DNA of 64,000 bases from the human T2T-CHM13v2.0 reference genome, Homo sapiens, in NCBI RefSeq assembly GCF_009914755.1, contig NC_060933.1; one strand, written 5' to 3'. Shown here in pieces: positions 14,791-28,800 of the stretch; the first letter of the stretch is position 1, and each line of letters begins with the position of its first letter. Under the pieces are notes generated by a model. The model had not been told where the DNA came from. It saw only the letters and a list, made by a program, of their open reading frames with translations, and searched no databases. The translations under genes and the position numbers were made by a program.

Positions 14791-17090
14791 ATTGCAATCG
14801 AGTTGATTCCATTCCATTCCATTCCATTCCGTTCCTGATGATTCCATTCCATTCCATTCCATTCCATTCCATTCCCCTGCAGTCGGGTTTATTCCATTCC
14901 ATTCCATTCCATTCCATTCCATTCCATTCCATTCCATTCCGTTCCATTCAATTCCATTCCATTCTATTCGGGTTAATTCCATTCCATTCCATTCCATTCC
15001 ATTCCATTCCATTCCAATCGAGTTGATTCCATTCCATTCCATTCCATTCCATTCCACTCCATTCCAGTCCTTTCCATTCCATTACACTCGGGTTGATTCC
15101 ATTCTATTCCTTTCCATTCCATTCCATTCCATTGTAATCGAGTTGATTCCATTGCTTTGCCTTCCATTCCATTCCATTCGATTCCGGATGATTCCATTCC
15201 ATTGCATTCCATTCCATTCCATTCCCCTGCACTCGGGTTGATTCCATTCCATTCCACTCCATTCCGTTCCATTCCATTCCATTCCATTGTATTCGGGTTA
15301 ATTCCATTCCATTCCATTCCATTCCATTCCATTCCATTACAATCGAGTTGATTCCATTCCATTCCATTCCATTCCATTCCATTCCAGTCCTTTCCATTCC
15401 ATTCCACTCGGGTTGATTCCATTCTATTAGTTTCCATTCCATTCCATTCCCTTCCATTCCACTCTGGTTGATTCCATTCCTTTCCATTCCACTCGAATAC
15501 ATTCCCTCCTATTCCACTCAGAACGATTCCATTCCATTCCATTCCATTCCATTCCATTGCAATCGAGTTGATTCCATTTCATTCCATTCCATTCCGTTCC
15601 GGATGATTCCATTCCATTCCATTCCATTCCATTCCATTCCCCTGCAGTCGGGTTGATTCCATTCCATTCCATTCCATTCCATTCCATTCCGTTCCATTCC
15701 ATTCCATTCCATTCTATTCGGGTTAATTCCATTCCATTCCATTCCATTCCATTCCATTCCATTCCATTCCAATCGAGTTGATTCCATTCCATTCCATTCC
15801 ATTCCATTCCACTCCATTCCAGTCCTTTCCATTCCATTACAGTCGGGTTGATTCCATTCTATTCCTTTCCATTCCATTCCATTCCATTGTAATCGAGTTG
15901 ATTCCATTGCTTTGCCTTCCATTCCATTCCATTCGATTCCGGATGATTCCATTCCATTGAATTCCATTCCATTCCATTCCCCTGCACTCGGGTTGATTCC
16001 ATTCCATTCCACTCCATTCCGTTCCATTCCATTCCATTCCATTGTATTCGGGTTAGTTCCATTCCATTCCATTCCATTCCATTCCATTCCATTACAATCG
16101 AGTTGATTCCATTCCATTCCATTCCATTCCATTCCATTCCATTCCAGTCCTTTCCATTCCATTCCACTCGGGTTGATTCCATTCTATTAGTTTCCATTCC
16201 ATTCCATTCCCTTCCATTCCACTCTGGTTGATTCCATTCCTTTCCATTCCACTCGAATACATTCCCTCCTATTCCACTCAGAACGATTCCATTCCATTCC
16301 ATTCCATTCCATTCCATTCCATTCCATTGCAATCGAGTTGATTCCATTTCATTCCATTCCATTCCGTTCCGGATGATTCCATTCCATTCCATTCCATTCC
16401 ATTCCATTCCCCTGCAGTCGGGTTGATTCCATTCCATTCCATTCCATTCCATTCCATTCCATTCCGTTCCATTCCATTCCATTCCATTCTATTCGGGTTA
16501 ATTCCATTCCATTCCATTCCATTCCATTCCATTCCATTCCATTCCAATCGAGTTGATTCCATTCCATTCCATTCCATTCCATTCCACTCCATTCCAGTCC
16601 TTTCCATTCCATTACACTTGGGTTGATTCCATTCTATTCCTTTCCATTCCATTCCATTCCATTGCAATCGAGTTGATTCCATTGCTTTGCATTCCATTCC
16701 ATTCCATTCGATTCCGGATGATTCCATTCCATTGCATTCCATTCCATTCCATTCCCCTGCACTCGGGTTGATTCCATTCCATTCCACTCCATTCCGTTCC
16801 ATTCCATTCCATTCCATTGTATTCGGGTTAATTCCATTCCATTCCATTCCATTCCATTCCATTCCATTCCATTCCATTCCATTCCATTACAATCGAGTTG
16901 ATTCCATTCCATTCCATTCCATTCCAGTCCTTTCCATTCCATTCCACTCGGGTTGATTCCATTCTATTAGTTTCCATTCCATTCCATTCCCTTCCATTCC
17001 ACTCTGGTTGATTCCATTCCTTTCCATTCCACTCGAATACATTCCCTCCTATTCCACTCGGAACGATTCCATTCCATTCCATTCCATTCC
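14791..17090 (+). repeat. Tandem triplication of a ~760-770-bp unit
   Basis: Unit starts at ~14791, ~15556 and ~16326. ttcgattccggatg is in all three copies; gctttgccttcc and ccactcagaacg are in copies 1-2. Matching ORFs at 15023/15778/16553. Confidence 0.88.
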
Positions 17091-18084
17091 ACTCCATTCC
17101 ATTCCATTCCATTCCAGTTCGTTCCATTCCGTTCTATTCCGTACCATTCCATTCCATTCCATTCCTTTCCATTCCATTCCTTTCCACTCGTGTTGATTCC
17201 ATTCCTTTCCATTCCATTCGGTTTGAAGGCATTCCATTCCATTCAGTTCCATTCCATTCCATTCCATTCCCTTCCATTCTATTCCATTGCATTGCAATCG
17301 AGTTGAATCCATTGCCTTTCATTCCATTCCATTCCATTCCATTCCATTCCATTCCGGAAGATTCCATTCCATTGCATTCCATTCCATTCCCCTGCACTCG
17401 CGTTGATTCCTTTCCATTCCATTCCATTCCATTCCGTTCCGTTCCATTCCATTCCATTCCATTGCATTCCATTCCGTTCCGTTCCATTCCATTCCATTCC
17501 ATTCTATTCGGGTTAATTCCATTCCATTCCATTCGATTGCAATCTTGTTGATTCCATTCCATTCCATTCCATTCCATTCCATTCCATTCCATTCCATTCC
17601 ATTCCTTTCCATTCCATTACGGATGATTCCATTCCATTGCATTCCATTCCATTCCATTCCCCTGTACTCGGGTTGATTCCATTCCATTGCATTCCAATCC
17701 ATGCCCTTCCACTCGTGTTGATTCCATTCTTTCCATTCCATTCAAGTTGAATCCATTCCATTGCATTCCATTCCATTCGATTCCATTCGATTGCACTCGG
17801 GTTGATTCCATTCCATTGCATTCCACTCCATTCCATTCCATTCCATTCCATTCCATTCCGTTCCATTCCATTCCATTACATTCGGATTGATTCTATTCAA
17901 TTCACTTACACTCCATTACATTCCATTCCATTCGGGTAGTCTCCATTCCATTCAATTCCATTCCTCTTCATTCCATTGGACTCGGGTTGATTCCATTCCA
18001 TTGCATTCCATTCCATTCCATTCAATTCCATTCCGTTCCATTCCATTCCATTACATTCGGATTGATTCTATTCATCTCCCTTAG

Positions 18085-21000
18085 TCTCCATTACATTCCA
18101 TTCCATTCGGGTTGTTCCATTCCATTCCATTCCATTCCACTCCATTCCATTGCACTCGGGTTGATTCCATTCCATTCCATTCCATTCCATTCCATTCCAT
18201 TCCATTCCGGAAGATTCCATTCCATTGCATACCATTCCATTCCATTCCCCTGTACTCGCGTTGATTCCATTCCATTCCATTCCATTCCATTCCATTCCAT
18301 TCCATTCCTTTCCGTTCCATTCCATTCCATTCCATTCCATTCCGTTCCGTTCCGTTCCATTCCATTCCATTCCATTCTATTCGGGTTAATTCCATTCCAT
18401 TCCATTCGATTGCAATCGAGTTGATTCCATTCCATTCCATTCCATTCCATTCCATTCCATTCCATTCCTTTCCATTCCATTACGGATGATTCCATTCCAT
18501 TACATTCCATTCCATTCCATTCCCCTGTACTCGGGTTGATTCCATTCCATTCCATTGCAATCCATGCCATTCCACTCGTGTTGATTTCATTCTTTCCATT
18601 CCATTCAAGTTGAATCCATTCCATTGCATTCCATTCCATTCCATTCCCCTGCAGTCGGGTTGATTCCATTCCATTCCATTCCATTCCATTCCATTCCATT
18701 CCATTCCATTCCGTTCCGTTCCGTTCCATTGCATTCCATTCCTTTCTACTCGGGTTAATTCCATTCCATTCCATTCCATTCCATTCCATTCCAATCGAGT
18801 TGATTCCATTCCATTCCATTCCATTCCATTCCATTCCATTCCATTCCACTCCATTCCAGTCCTTTCCATTCCATTCCACTCGGGTAGATTCCAATGTATT
18901 CCTTTCCATTCCATTCCATTCCATTGCAATCGAGTTGATTCCATTGCTTTGCATTCCATTCCATTCCATTCCATTCCGGATGATTCCATTCCATTGCATT
19001 CCATTCCATTCCATTCCCCTGCACTCGGGTTGATTCCATTCCATTCCACTCCATTCCGTTCCATTCCATTCTATTCCATTGTATTCGGGTTAATTCCATT
19101 CCATTCCATTCTATTCCATTCCATTCCATTACAATCGAGTTGATTCCATTCCATTCCATTCCATTCCAGTCCTTTCCATTCCATTCCACTCGGGTTGATT
19201 CCATTCTATTAGTTTCCATTCCATTCCATTCCCTTCCATTCCACTCTGGTTGATTCCATTCCTTTCCATTCCACTCGAATACATTCCCTCCTATTCCACT
19301 TGGAACGATTCCATTCCATTCCATTCCATTCCATTCCATTCCATTCCATTTCGTTCCATTCCATTCTATTCCGTATCATTCCATTCCATTCCATTGCATT
19401 CCATTCCATTCCATTACATTCCAATCGAGTTGATTCCATTCCATTCCATTCCATTCCATTCCACTCCATTCCAGTCCTTTCCATTCCATTCCACTCGGGT
19501 TGATTCCAATGTATTCCTTTCCATTCCATTCCATTCCATTGCAATCGAGTTGATTCCATTGCTTTGCATTCCATTCCATTCCATTCCATTCCGGATGATT
19601 CCATTCCATTGCATTCCATTCCATTCCATTCCCCTGCACTCGGGTTGATTCCATTCCATTCCACTCCATTCCGTTCCATTCCATTGCATTCCATTGTATT
19701 CGGGTTAATTCCATTCCATTCCATTCCATTCCATTCCATTCCATTCCATTCCATTCCAGTCCTTTCCATTCCATTCCACTCGGGTTGATTCCATTCTATT
19801 AGTTTCCATTCCATTCCATTCCCTTCCATTCCACTCTGGTTGATTCCATTCCTCTCCATTCCACTCGAATACATTCCCTCCTATTCCACTCGGAACGATT
19901 CCATTCCATTCCATTCCATTCCATTCCATTCCATTCCATTCCATTCCATTCCATTCCATTTCATTCCATTGCAATCCATTCCAATCCATTCCATTCCATT
20001 CCACTCGAGTTGATTTCATTCCATTCCTTTCCATTCCATTCCATTCCTTTCCATTCGAGTTGATTCCATTCCATTCCATTCCATTCCATTCCATTCCATT
20101 CCGTTGCATTCCATTCCATTACATTCCGATTGACTCTATTCAACTCCCTTACTCTCCATTACATTCCATTCCATTCGGGTTGTTCCATTCCATTCCATTC
20201 CATTCCACTCCACTCCATTGCACTCGGGTTGATTCCATTCCATTCCATTCCATTCCATTCCATTCCATTCCATTCCGGATGATTCCATTCCATTGCATTC
20301 CGTTCCATTACATTCCCCTGCACTCGCGTTGATTCCATTCCATTCCATTCCATTCCATTCAATTCCATTCCATTACAATTCGTTCCATTCCATTCTATTC
20401 CGTACCATTCCATTCCATTCCATACCATTCCATTCCATTCCATTCCATTCCATTCCATTCCATTCCGTTCCATTCCGTTCCATTCCATTCCATTCCATTC
20501 TATTCGGGTTAATTCCATTCCATTCCATTCCATTCCATTCTATTCCATTCCATTGCAATCAAGTTGAATCCATTGCATTTCATTCCATTCCATTCCATTC
20601 CATTCCGGAAGATTCCATTCCATTGCATTCCATTCCATTCCATTCCCCTGCACACGCGTTGATTCCATTCCGTTCCATTCCATTCCATTCCATTCCATTC
20701 CATTCCGTTCTGTTCCGTTCCGTTCCATTCCATTCCATTCCATTCCATTCCATTCCGTACCGTTCCATTCCATTCCATTCCATTCTATTCGGGTTAATTC
20801 CATTCTATTCCATTCGATTGTAATCGTGTTGATTCCATTCCATTCCATTCCATTCCATTCCATTCCTTTCCATTCCATTACGGATGATTCCTTTCCATTG
20901 CATTCCATTCCATTCCATTCCCCTGTACTCGGGTTGATTCCATTTCATTGCATTCCAATCCATGCCCTTCCACTCGTGTTGATTCCATTCTTTCCATTCC

Positions 21001-24000
21001 ATTCATGTTGAATCCATTCCATTGCATTCCATTCCATTCCATTCCATTCGATTGCACTCGGGTTGATTCCATTCCATTGCATTCCATTCCATTCCATTCC
21101 ATTCCATTCCATTCCGTTCCATTCCATTCCATTACATTCGGATTGATTCTATTCAATTCCCTTACACTCCATTACATTCCATTCCATTCGGGTAGTTTCC
21201 ATTCCTTTCCATTCCATTCCTCTCCATTCCATTGCACTCGGGTTGATTCCATTCCATTGCATTCCATTCCATTCCATTCAATTGCATTCCGTTCCATTCC
21301 ATTCCATTACATTCGGATTGATTCTATTGATCTCCCTTAGTTTCCATTCCATTCCATTCCATTCGGGTTGTTCCATTCGATTCCATTCCATTCCACTCCA
21401 TTCCATTGCACTCGGGTTGATTCCATTCCATTCCATTCCATTCCATTCCATTCCATTCCGGAAGATTCCATTGCATTGCATTCCATTCCATTCCATTCCC
21501 CTGCCCTCGTGTTGATTCCATTCCATTCCATTCCATTCCATTCCATTCCTTTCCGTTCCATTCCATTCCATTCCATTCCATTCCATTCCATTCCGTTCCG
21601 TTCCGTTTCATTCCATTCCATTCCATTCTATTCGGGTTCATTCCATTCCATTCCATTCGATTGCAATCGAGTTGATTCCATTCCATTCCATTCCATTCCA
21701 TTCCATTCCATTCCATTCCATTCCTTTCCTTTCCATTCCATTACGGATGATTCCATTCCATTGCATTCCATTCCATTCCATTCCCCTGTACTCGGGTTGA
21801 TTCCATTCCATTCCATTCCAATCCATGCCATTCCACTCGTGTTGATTCCATTCTTTCCATTCCATTCAAGTTGAATCCATTCCATTGCATTCCATTCCAT
21901 TCCATTCCCCTGCAGTCGGGTTGATTCCATTCCATTCCATTCCATTCCATTCCATTCCATTCCATTCCAATCAAGTTGATTCCATTCCATTCCATTCCAT
22001 TGCATTCCATTCCATTCCACTCCATTCCAGTCCTTTCCATTCCATTCCACTCGGGTTGATTCCAATGTATTCCTTTCCATTCCATTCCATTCCATTGCAA
22101 TCGAGTTGATTCCATTGCTTTGCATTCCATTCCATTCCATTCCATTCCGGATGATTCCATTCCATTGCATTCCATTCCATTCCATTCCCCTGCACTCGGG
22201 TTGATTCCATTCCATTCCCCTCCATTCCATTCCATTCCATTCCATTCCATTGTATTCGGGTTAATTCCATTCCATTCCATTCCATTCCATTCCATTCCAT
22301 TCCATTACAATCGAGTTGATTCCATTCCATTCCATTCCATTCCAGTCCTTTCCATTCCATTCCACTCGGGTTGATTCCATTCTATTAGTTTCCATTCCAT
22401 TCCATTCCCTTCCATTGTATTCGGGTTAATTCCATTCCATTCCATTCCATTCCATTCCATTCCATTCCATTACAATCGAGTTGATTCCATTCCATTCCAT
22501 TCCATTCCAGTCCTTTCCATTCCATTCCACTCGGGTTGATTCCATTCTATTAGTTTCCATTCCATTCCATTCCCTTCCATTCCACTCTTGTTGATTCCAT
22601 TCCTTTCCATTCCACTCGAATTCATTCCCTCCTATTCCACTCGTAACGATTCCATTCCATTCCATTCCATTCCATTCCATTCCATTCCATTCCATTCCAT
22701 TTCGTTCCATTCCATTCTATTCTGTATCATTCCATTCCATTCCATTCCATTCCATTCCATTGTACTCGTGTTGATTCCATTCCATTGCATTCCATTCCAT
22801 TCCATTCCATTCCATTCCGTTGCATTCCATTCCATTACATTCGAATTGATTCTATTCAACTCCCTTACTCTCCATTACATTCCATTCCATTCGGGTTGTT
22901 CCATTCCAATCCATTCCATTCCACTCCATTCCATTGCACTCGGGTTGATTCCATTCCATTCCATTCCATTCCATTCCATTCCATTCCATTCCGGAAGATT
23001 CCATTCCATTGCATTCCATTCCATTCCATTCCCCTGTACTCGCGTTGATTCCATTCCATTCCATTCCATTCCATTCCATTCCATTCCATTCCTTTCCGTT
23101 CCATTCCATTCCATTCCATTCCATTCCGTTCCGTTCCGTTCCATTCCATTCCATTCCATTCTATTCGGGTTAATTCCATTCCATTCCATTCGATTGCAAT
23201 CGAGTTGATTCCATTCCATTCCATTCCATTCCATTCCATTCCATTCCATTCCTTTCCATTCCATTACGGATGATTCCATTCCATTACATTCCATTCCATT
23301 CCATTCCCCTGTACTCGGGTTGATTCCATTCCATTCCATTGCAATCCATGCCATTCCACTCGTGTTGATTTCATTCTTTCCATTCCATTCAAGTTGAATC
23401 CATTCCATTGCATTCCATTCCATTCCATTCCCCTGCAGTCGGGTTGATTCCATTCCATTCCATTCCATTCCATTCCATTCCATTCCATTCCGTTCCGTTC
23501 CGTTCCATTGCATTCCATTCCTTTCTACTCGGGTTAATTCCATTCCATTCCATTCCATTCCATTCCATTCCATTCCAATCGAGTTGATTCCATTCCATTC
23601 CATTCCATTCCATTCCATTCCATTCCACTCCATTCCAGTCCTTTCCATTCCATTCCACTCGGGTAGATTCCAATGTATTCCTTTCCATTCCATTCCATTC
23701 CATTGCAATCGAGTTGATTCCATTGCTTTGCATTCCATTCCATTCCATTCCATTCCGGATGATTCCATTCCATTGCATTCCATTCCATTCCATTCCCCTG
23801 CACTCGGGTTGATTCCATTCCATTCCACTCCATTCCGTTCCATTCCATTCTATTCCATTGTATTCGGGTTAATTCCATTCCATTCCATTCTATTCCATTC
23901 CATTCCATTACAATCGAGTTGATTCCATTCCATTCCATTCCATTCCAGTCCTTTCCATTCCATTCCACTCGGGTTGATTCCATTCTATTAGTTTCCATTC

Positions 24001-25850
24001 CATTCCATTCCCTTCCATTCCACTCTGGTTGATTCCATTCCTTTCCATTCCACTCGAATACATTCCCTCCTATTCCACTTGGAACGATTCCATTCCATTC
24101 CATTCCATTCCATTCCATTCCATTCCATTCCATTTCGTTCCATTCCATTCTATTCCGTATCATTCCATTCCATTCCATTGCATTCCATTCCATTCCATTC
24201 CATTCCAATCGAGTTGATTCCATTCCATTCCATTCCATTCCATTCCACTCCATTCCAGTCCTTTCCATTCCATTCCACTCGGGTTGATTCCAATGTATTC
24301 CTTTCCATTCCATTCCATTCCATTGCAATCGAGTTGATTCCATTGCTTTGCATTCCATTACATTCCATTCCATTCCGGATGATTCCATTCCATTGCATTC
24401 CATTCCATTCCATTCCCCTGCACTCGGGTTGATTCCATTCCATTCCACTCCATTCCGTTCCATTCCATTGCATTCCATTGTATTCGGGTTAATTCCATTC
24501 CATTCCATTCCATTCCATTCCATTCCATTCCAGTCCTTTCCATTCCATTCCACTCGGGTTGATTCCATTCTATTAGTTTCCATTCCATTCCATTCCCTTC
24601 CATTCCACTCTGGTTGATTCCATTCCTTTCCATTCCACTCGAATACATTCCCTCCTATTCCACTCGGAACGATTCCATTCCATTCCATTCCATTCCATTC
24701 CATTCCATTCCATTCCATTCCATTCCATTTCATTCCATTCCATTTCATTCCATTGCAATCCATTCCAATCCATTCCATTCCATTCCACTCGAGTTGATTT
24801 CATTCCATTCCTTTCCATTCCATTCCATTCCTTTCCATTCGAGTTGATTCCATTCCATTCCATTCCATTCCATTCCATTCCATTCCATTCCGTTGCATTC
24901 CATTCCATTACATTCCGATTGACTCTATTCAACTCCCTTACTCTCCATTACATTCCATTCCATTCGGGTTGTTCCATTCCATTCCATTCCATTCCACTCC
25001 ATTCCATTGCACTCGGGTTGATTCCATTCAATTCCATTCCATTCCATTCCATTCCATTCCATTCCGGATGATTCCATTCCATTGCATTCCGTTCCATTAC
25101 ATTCCCCTGCACTCGCGTTGATTCCATTCCATTCCATTCCATTCCATTCAATTCCATTCCATTACAATTCGTTCCATTCCATTCTATTCCGTACCATTCC
25201 ATTCCATTCCATACCATTCCATTCCATTCCATTCCATTCCATTCCATTCCATTCCGTTCCATTCCGTTCCATTCCATTCCATTCCATTCTATTCGGGTTA
25301 ATTCCATTCCATTCCATTCCATTCCATTCTATTCCATTCCATTGCAATCGAGTTGAATCCATTGCATTTCATTCCATTCCATTCCATTCCATTCCGGAAG
25401 ATTCCATTCCATTGCATTCCATTCCATTCCATTCCCCTGCACACGCGTTGATTCCATTCCGTTCCATTCCATTCCATTCCATTCCATTCCGTTCTGTTCC
25501 GTTCCGTTCCATTCCATTCCATTCCATTCCGTACCGTTCCATTCCATTCCATTCCATTCTATTCGGGTTAATTCCATTCTATTCCATTCGATTGTAATCG
25601 TGTTGATTCCATTCCATTCCATTCCATTCCATTCCATTCCTTTCCATTCCATTACGGATGATTCCTTTCCATTGCATTCCATTCCATTCCATTCCCCTGT
25701 ACTCGGGTTGATTCCATTTCATTGCATTCCAATCCATGCCCTTCCACTCGTGTTGATTCCATTCTTTCCATTCCATTCATGTTGAATCCATTCCATTGCA
25801 TTCCATTCCATTCCATTCCATTCGATTGCACTCGGGTTGATTCCATTCCA
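18085..25850 (+). repeat. ~4.78-kb-period duplication (about 18.1-21.1 kb repeated at 22.9-25.85 kb)
   Basis: Shared rare variants: cgggtagatt 18881/23660, ccacttggaac 19296/24075, cacacgcg 20651/25440, ttcatgttg 21002/25776. Confidence 0.88.
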
Positions 25851-28800
25851 TTGCATTCCATTCCATTCGATTCCATTCGATTTCACTCGGGTTGATTCCA
25901 TTCCATTGCATTCCATTCCATTCCATTCCATTCCATTCCCTTCCATTCCATTCCGTTCCATTCCATTCCATTACATTCGGATTGATTCTATTCAATTCCC
26001 TTACACTCCATTACATTCCATTCCATTCGGGTAGTTTCCATTCCATTCCATTCCATTCCTCTCCATTCCTTTGCACTCGGGTTGATTCCATTCCATTGCA
26101 TCCCATTCCATTCCATTCAATTCCATTCCGTTCCATTCCATTCCATTACATTCGGATTGATTCTATTCAACTCCCTTAGTCTCCATTACATTCCATTCCA
26201 TTCGGGTTGTTCCATTCCTTGCCATTCCATTCCACTCCATTCCATTGCACTCGGGTTTATTCCATTCCATTCCATTCCATTCAATTCAATTCCATTCCAT
26301 TCCGGAAGATTCCATTCCATTGCATTCCATTCCATTCCATTCCCCTGCACTCGCGTTGATTCCATTCCATTCCATTCCATTCCATTCCATTCCATTCCAT
26401 TCCTTTCCGTTCCATTCCATTCCATTCCATTCCATTCCATTCCGTTCCGTTCCATTCCATTCCATTCCATTCTATTCGGGTTAATTCCATTCCATTCCAT
26501 TCGATTGCAATCGAGTTGATTCCATTCCATTCCATTCCATTCCATTCCATTCCATTCCATTCCATTCCTTTCCATTCCATTACGGATGATTCCATTCCAT
26601 TGCATTCCATTCCATTCCATTCCCCTGTACTCTGGTTGATTCCATTCCATTCCATTCCAATCCATGCCATTCCACTCGTGTTGATTCCATTCTTTCCATT
26701 CCATTCAAGTTGAATCCATTCCATTGCATTCCATTCCATTCCATTCCCCTGCAGTCGGGTTGATTCCATTCCTTTCCATTCTATTCCATTCCATTCCATT
26801 CCAATCAAGTTGATTCCATTCCATTCCATTCCATTGCATTCCATTCCATTCCACTCCATTCCAGTCCTTTCCATTCCATTCCACTCGAGTTGATTCCAAT
26901 GTATTCCTTTCCATTCCATTCCATTCCATTGCAATCGAGTTGATTCCATTGCTTTGCATTCCATTCCATTCCATTCCATTCCGGATGATTCCATTCCATT
27001 GCATTCCATTCCATTCCATTCCCCTGCACTCGGGTTGATTCCATTCCATTCCCCTCCATTCCATTCCATTCCATTCCATTCCATTGTATTCGGGTTACTT
27101 CCATTCCATTCCATTCCATTCCATTTCATTCCATTCCATTACAATCGAGTTGATTCCATTCCATTCATTTCCATTCCAGTCCTTTCCATTCCATTCCAGT
27201 CGGGTTGATTCCATTCTATTAGTTTCCATTCCATTCCATTCCCTTCCATTGTATTCGGGTTAATTCCATTCCATTCCATTCCATTCCATTCCATTCCATT
27301 CCATTCCATTCCATTACAATCGAGTTGATTCCATTCCATTCCATTCCATTCCAGTCCTTTCCATTCCATTCCACTCGGGTTGATTCCAATGTATTCCTTT
27401 CCATTCCATTCCATTCCATTGCAATCGAGTTGATTCCATTGCTTTGCATTCCATTCCATTCCATTCCATTCCGGATGATTCCATTCCATTGCATTCCATT
27501 CCATTCCATTGCCCTGCACTCGGGTTGATTCCATTCCATTCCACTCCATCCCGTTCCATTCCATTCCATTCCATTGTATTCGGGTTAATTCCATTCCATT
27601 CCATTCCATTCCATTCCATTCCATTCCATTACAATCGAGTTGATTCCATTCCATTCCATTCCATTCCAGTCCTTTCGATTCCATTCCAATCGGGTTGATT
27701 CCATTCTATTAGTTTCCATTCCATTCCATTCCCTTCCATTCCACTCTGGTTGATTCCATTCCTTTCCATTCCACTCGAATACATTCCCTCCTATTCCACT
27801 CGGAACGATTCCATTCCATTCCATTCCATTCCATTCCATTCCATTCCATTCCATTCCGTTCCATTCCATTCCATTCCATTCTATTCGGGTTAATTCCATT
27901 CCATTCCATTCGATTGCAATGGAGTTGATTCCATTCCATTCCATTCCATTCCATTCCATTCCATTCCATTCCATTCCATTCCATTCCTTTCCTTTCCATT
28001 CCATTACGGATGATTCCATTCCATTGCATTCCATTCCATTCCATTCCCCTGTACTCGGGTTGATTCCATTCCATTTCATTCCAATCCATGCCATTCCACT
28101 CCTGTTGATTCCATTCTTTCCATTCCATTCAAGTTGAATCCATTCCATTGCATTCCATTCCATTCGATTCCATTCGATTGCACTCGGGTTGATTCCATTC
28201 CATTGCATTCCATTCCATTCCATTCCATTCCATTCCATTCCGTTCCATTCCATTCCATTACATTCGGATTGATTCTATTCAATTCCCTTACACTCCATTA
28301 CATTCCATTCCATTCGGGTAGTTTCCATTCCATTCCATTCCATTCCTCTCCATTCCATTGCACTCGGGTTGATTCCATTCCATTGCATTCCATTCCATTC
28401 AATTCCATTCCGTTCCATTCCATTCCATTACATTCGGATTGATTCTATTAAACTCCCTTACTCTCCATTACATTCCTTTCCATTCGGGTTGTTCCATTCC
28501 ATTCCATTCCATTCCACTCCATTCCATTGCACTCGGGTTGATTCCATTACATTCCATTCCATTCCATTCCCGATGATTCCATTCCATTGCATTCCGTTCC
28601 ATTACATTCCCCTGCACTCGCGTTGATTCCATTCCATTCCATTCCATTCCATTCAATTCCATTCCATTACAATTCGTTCCATTCCATTCTATTCCGTACC
28701 ATTCCATTCCATTCCATACCATTCCATTCCATTCCATTCCATTCCATTCCATTCCATTCCATTCCGTTCCATTCCGTTCAATTGCATTCCATTCTATTCG

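Noticed and set aside
28440-28450. DUX4-like site (TGATTCTATTA)
   Set aside because: It is an imperfect match to TAAYYBAATCA and such matches are expected by chance in this repeat.
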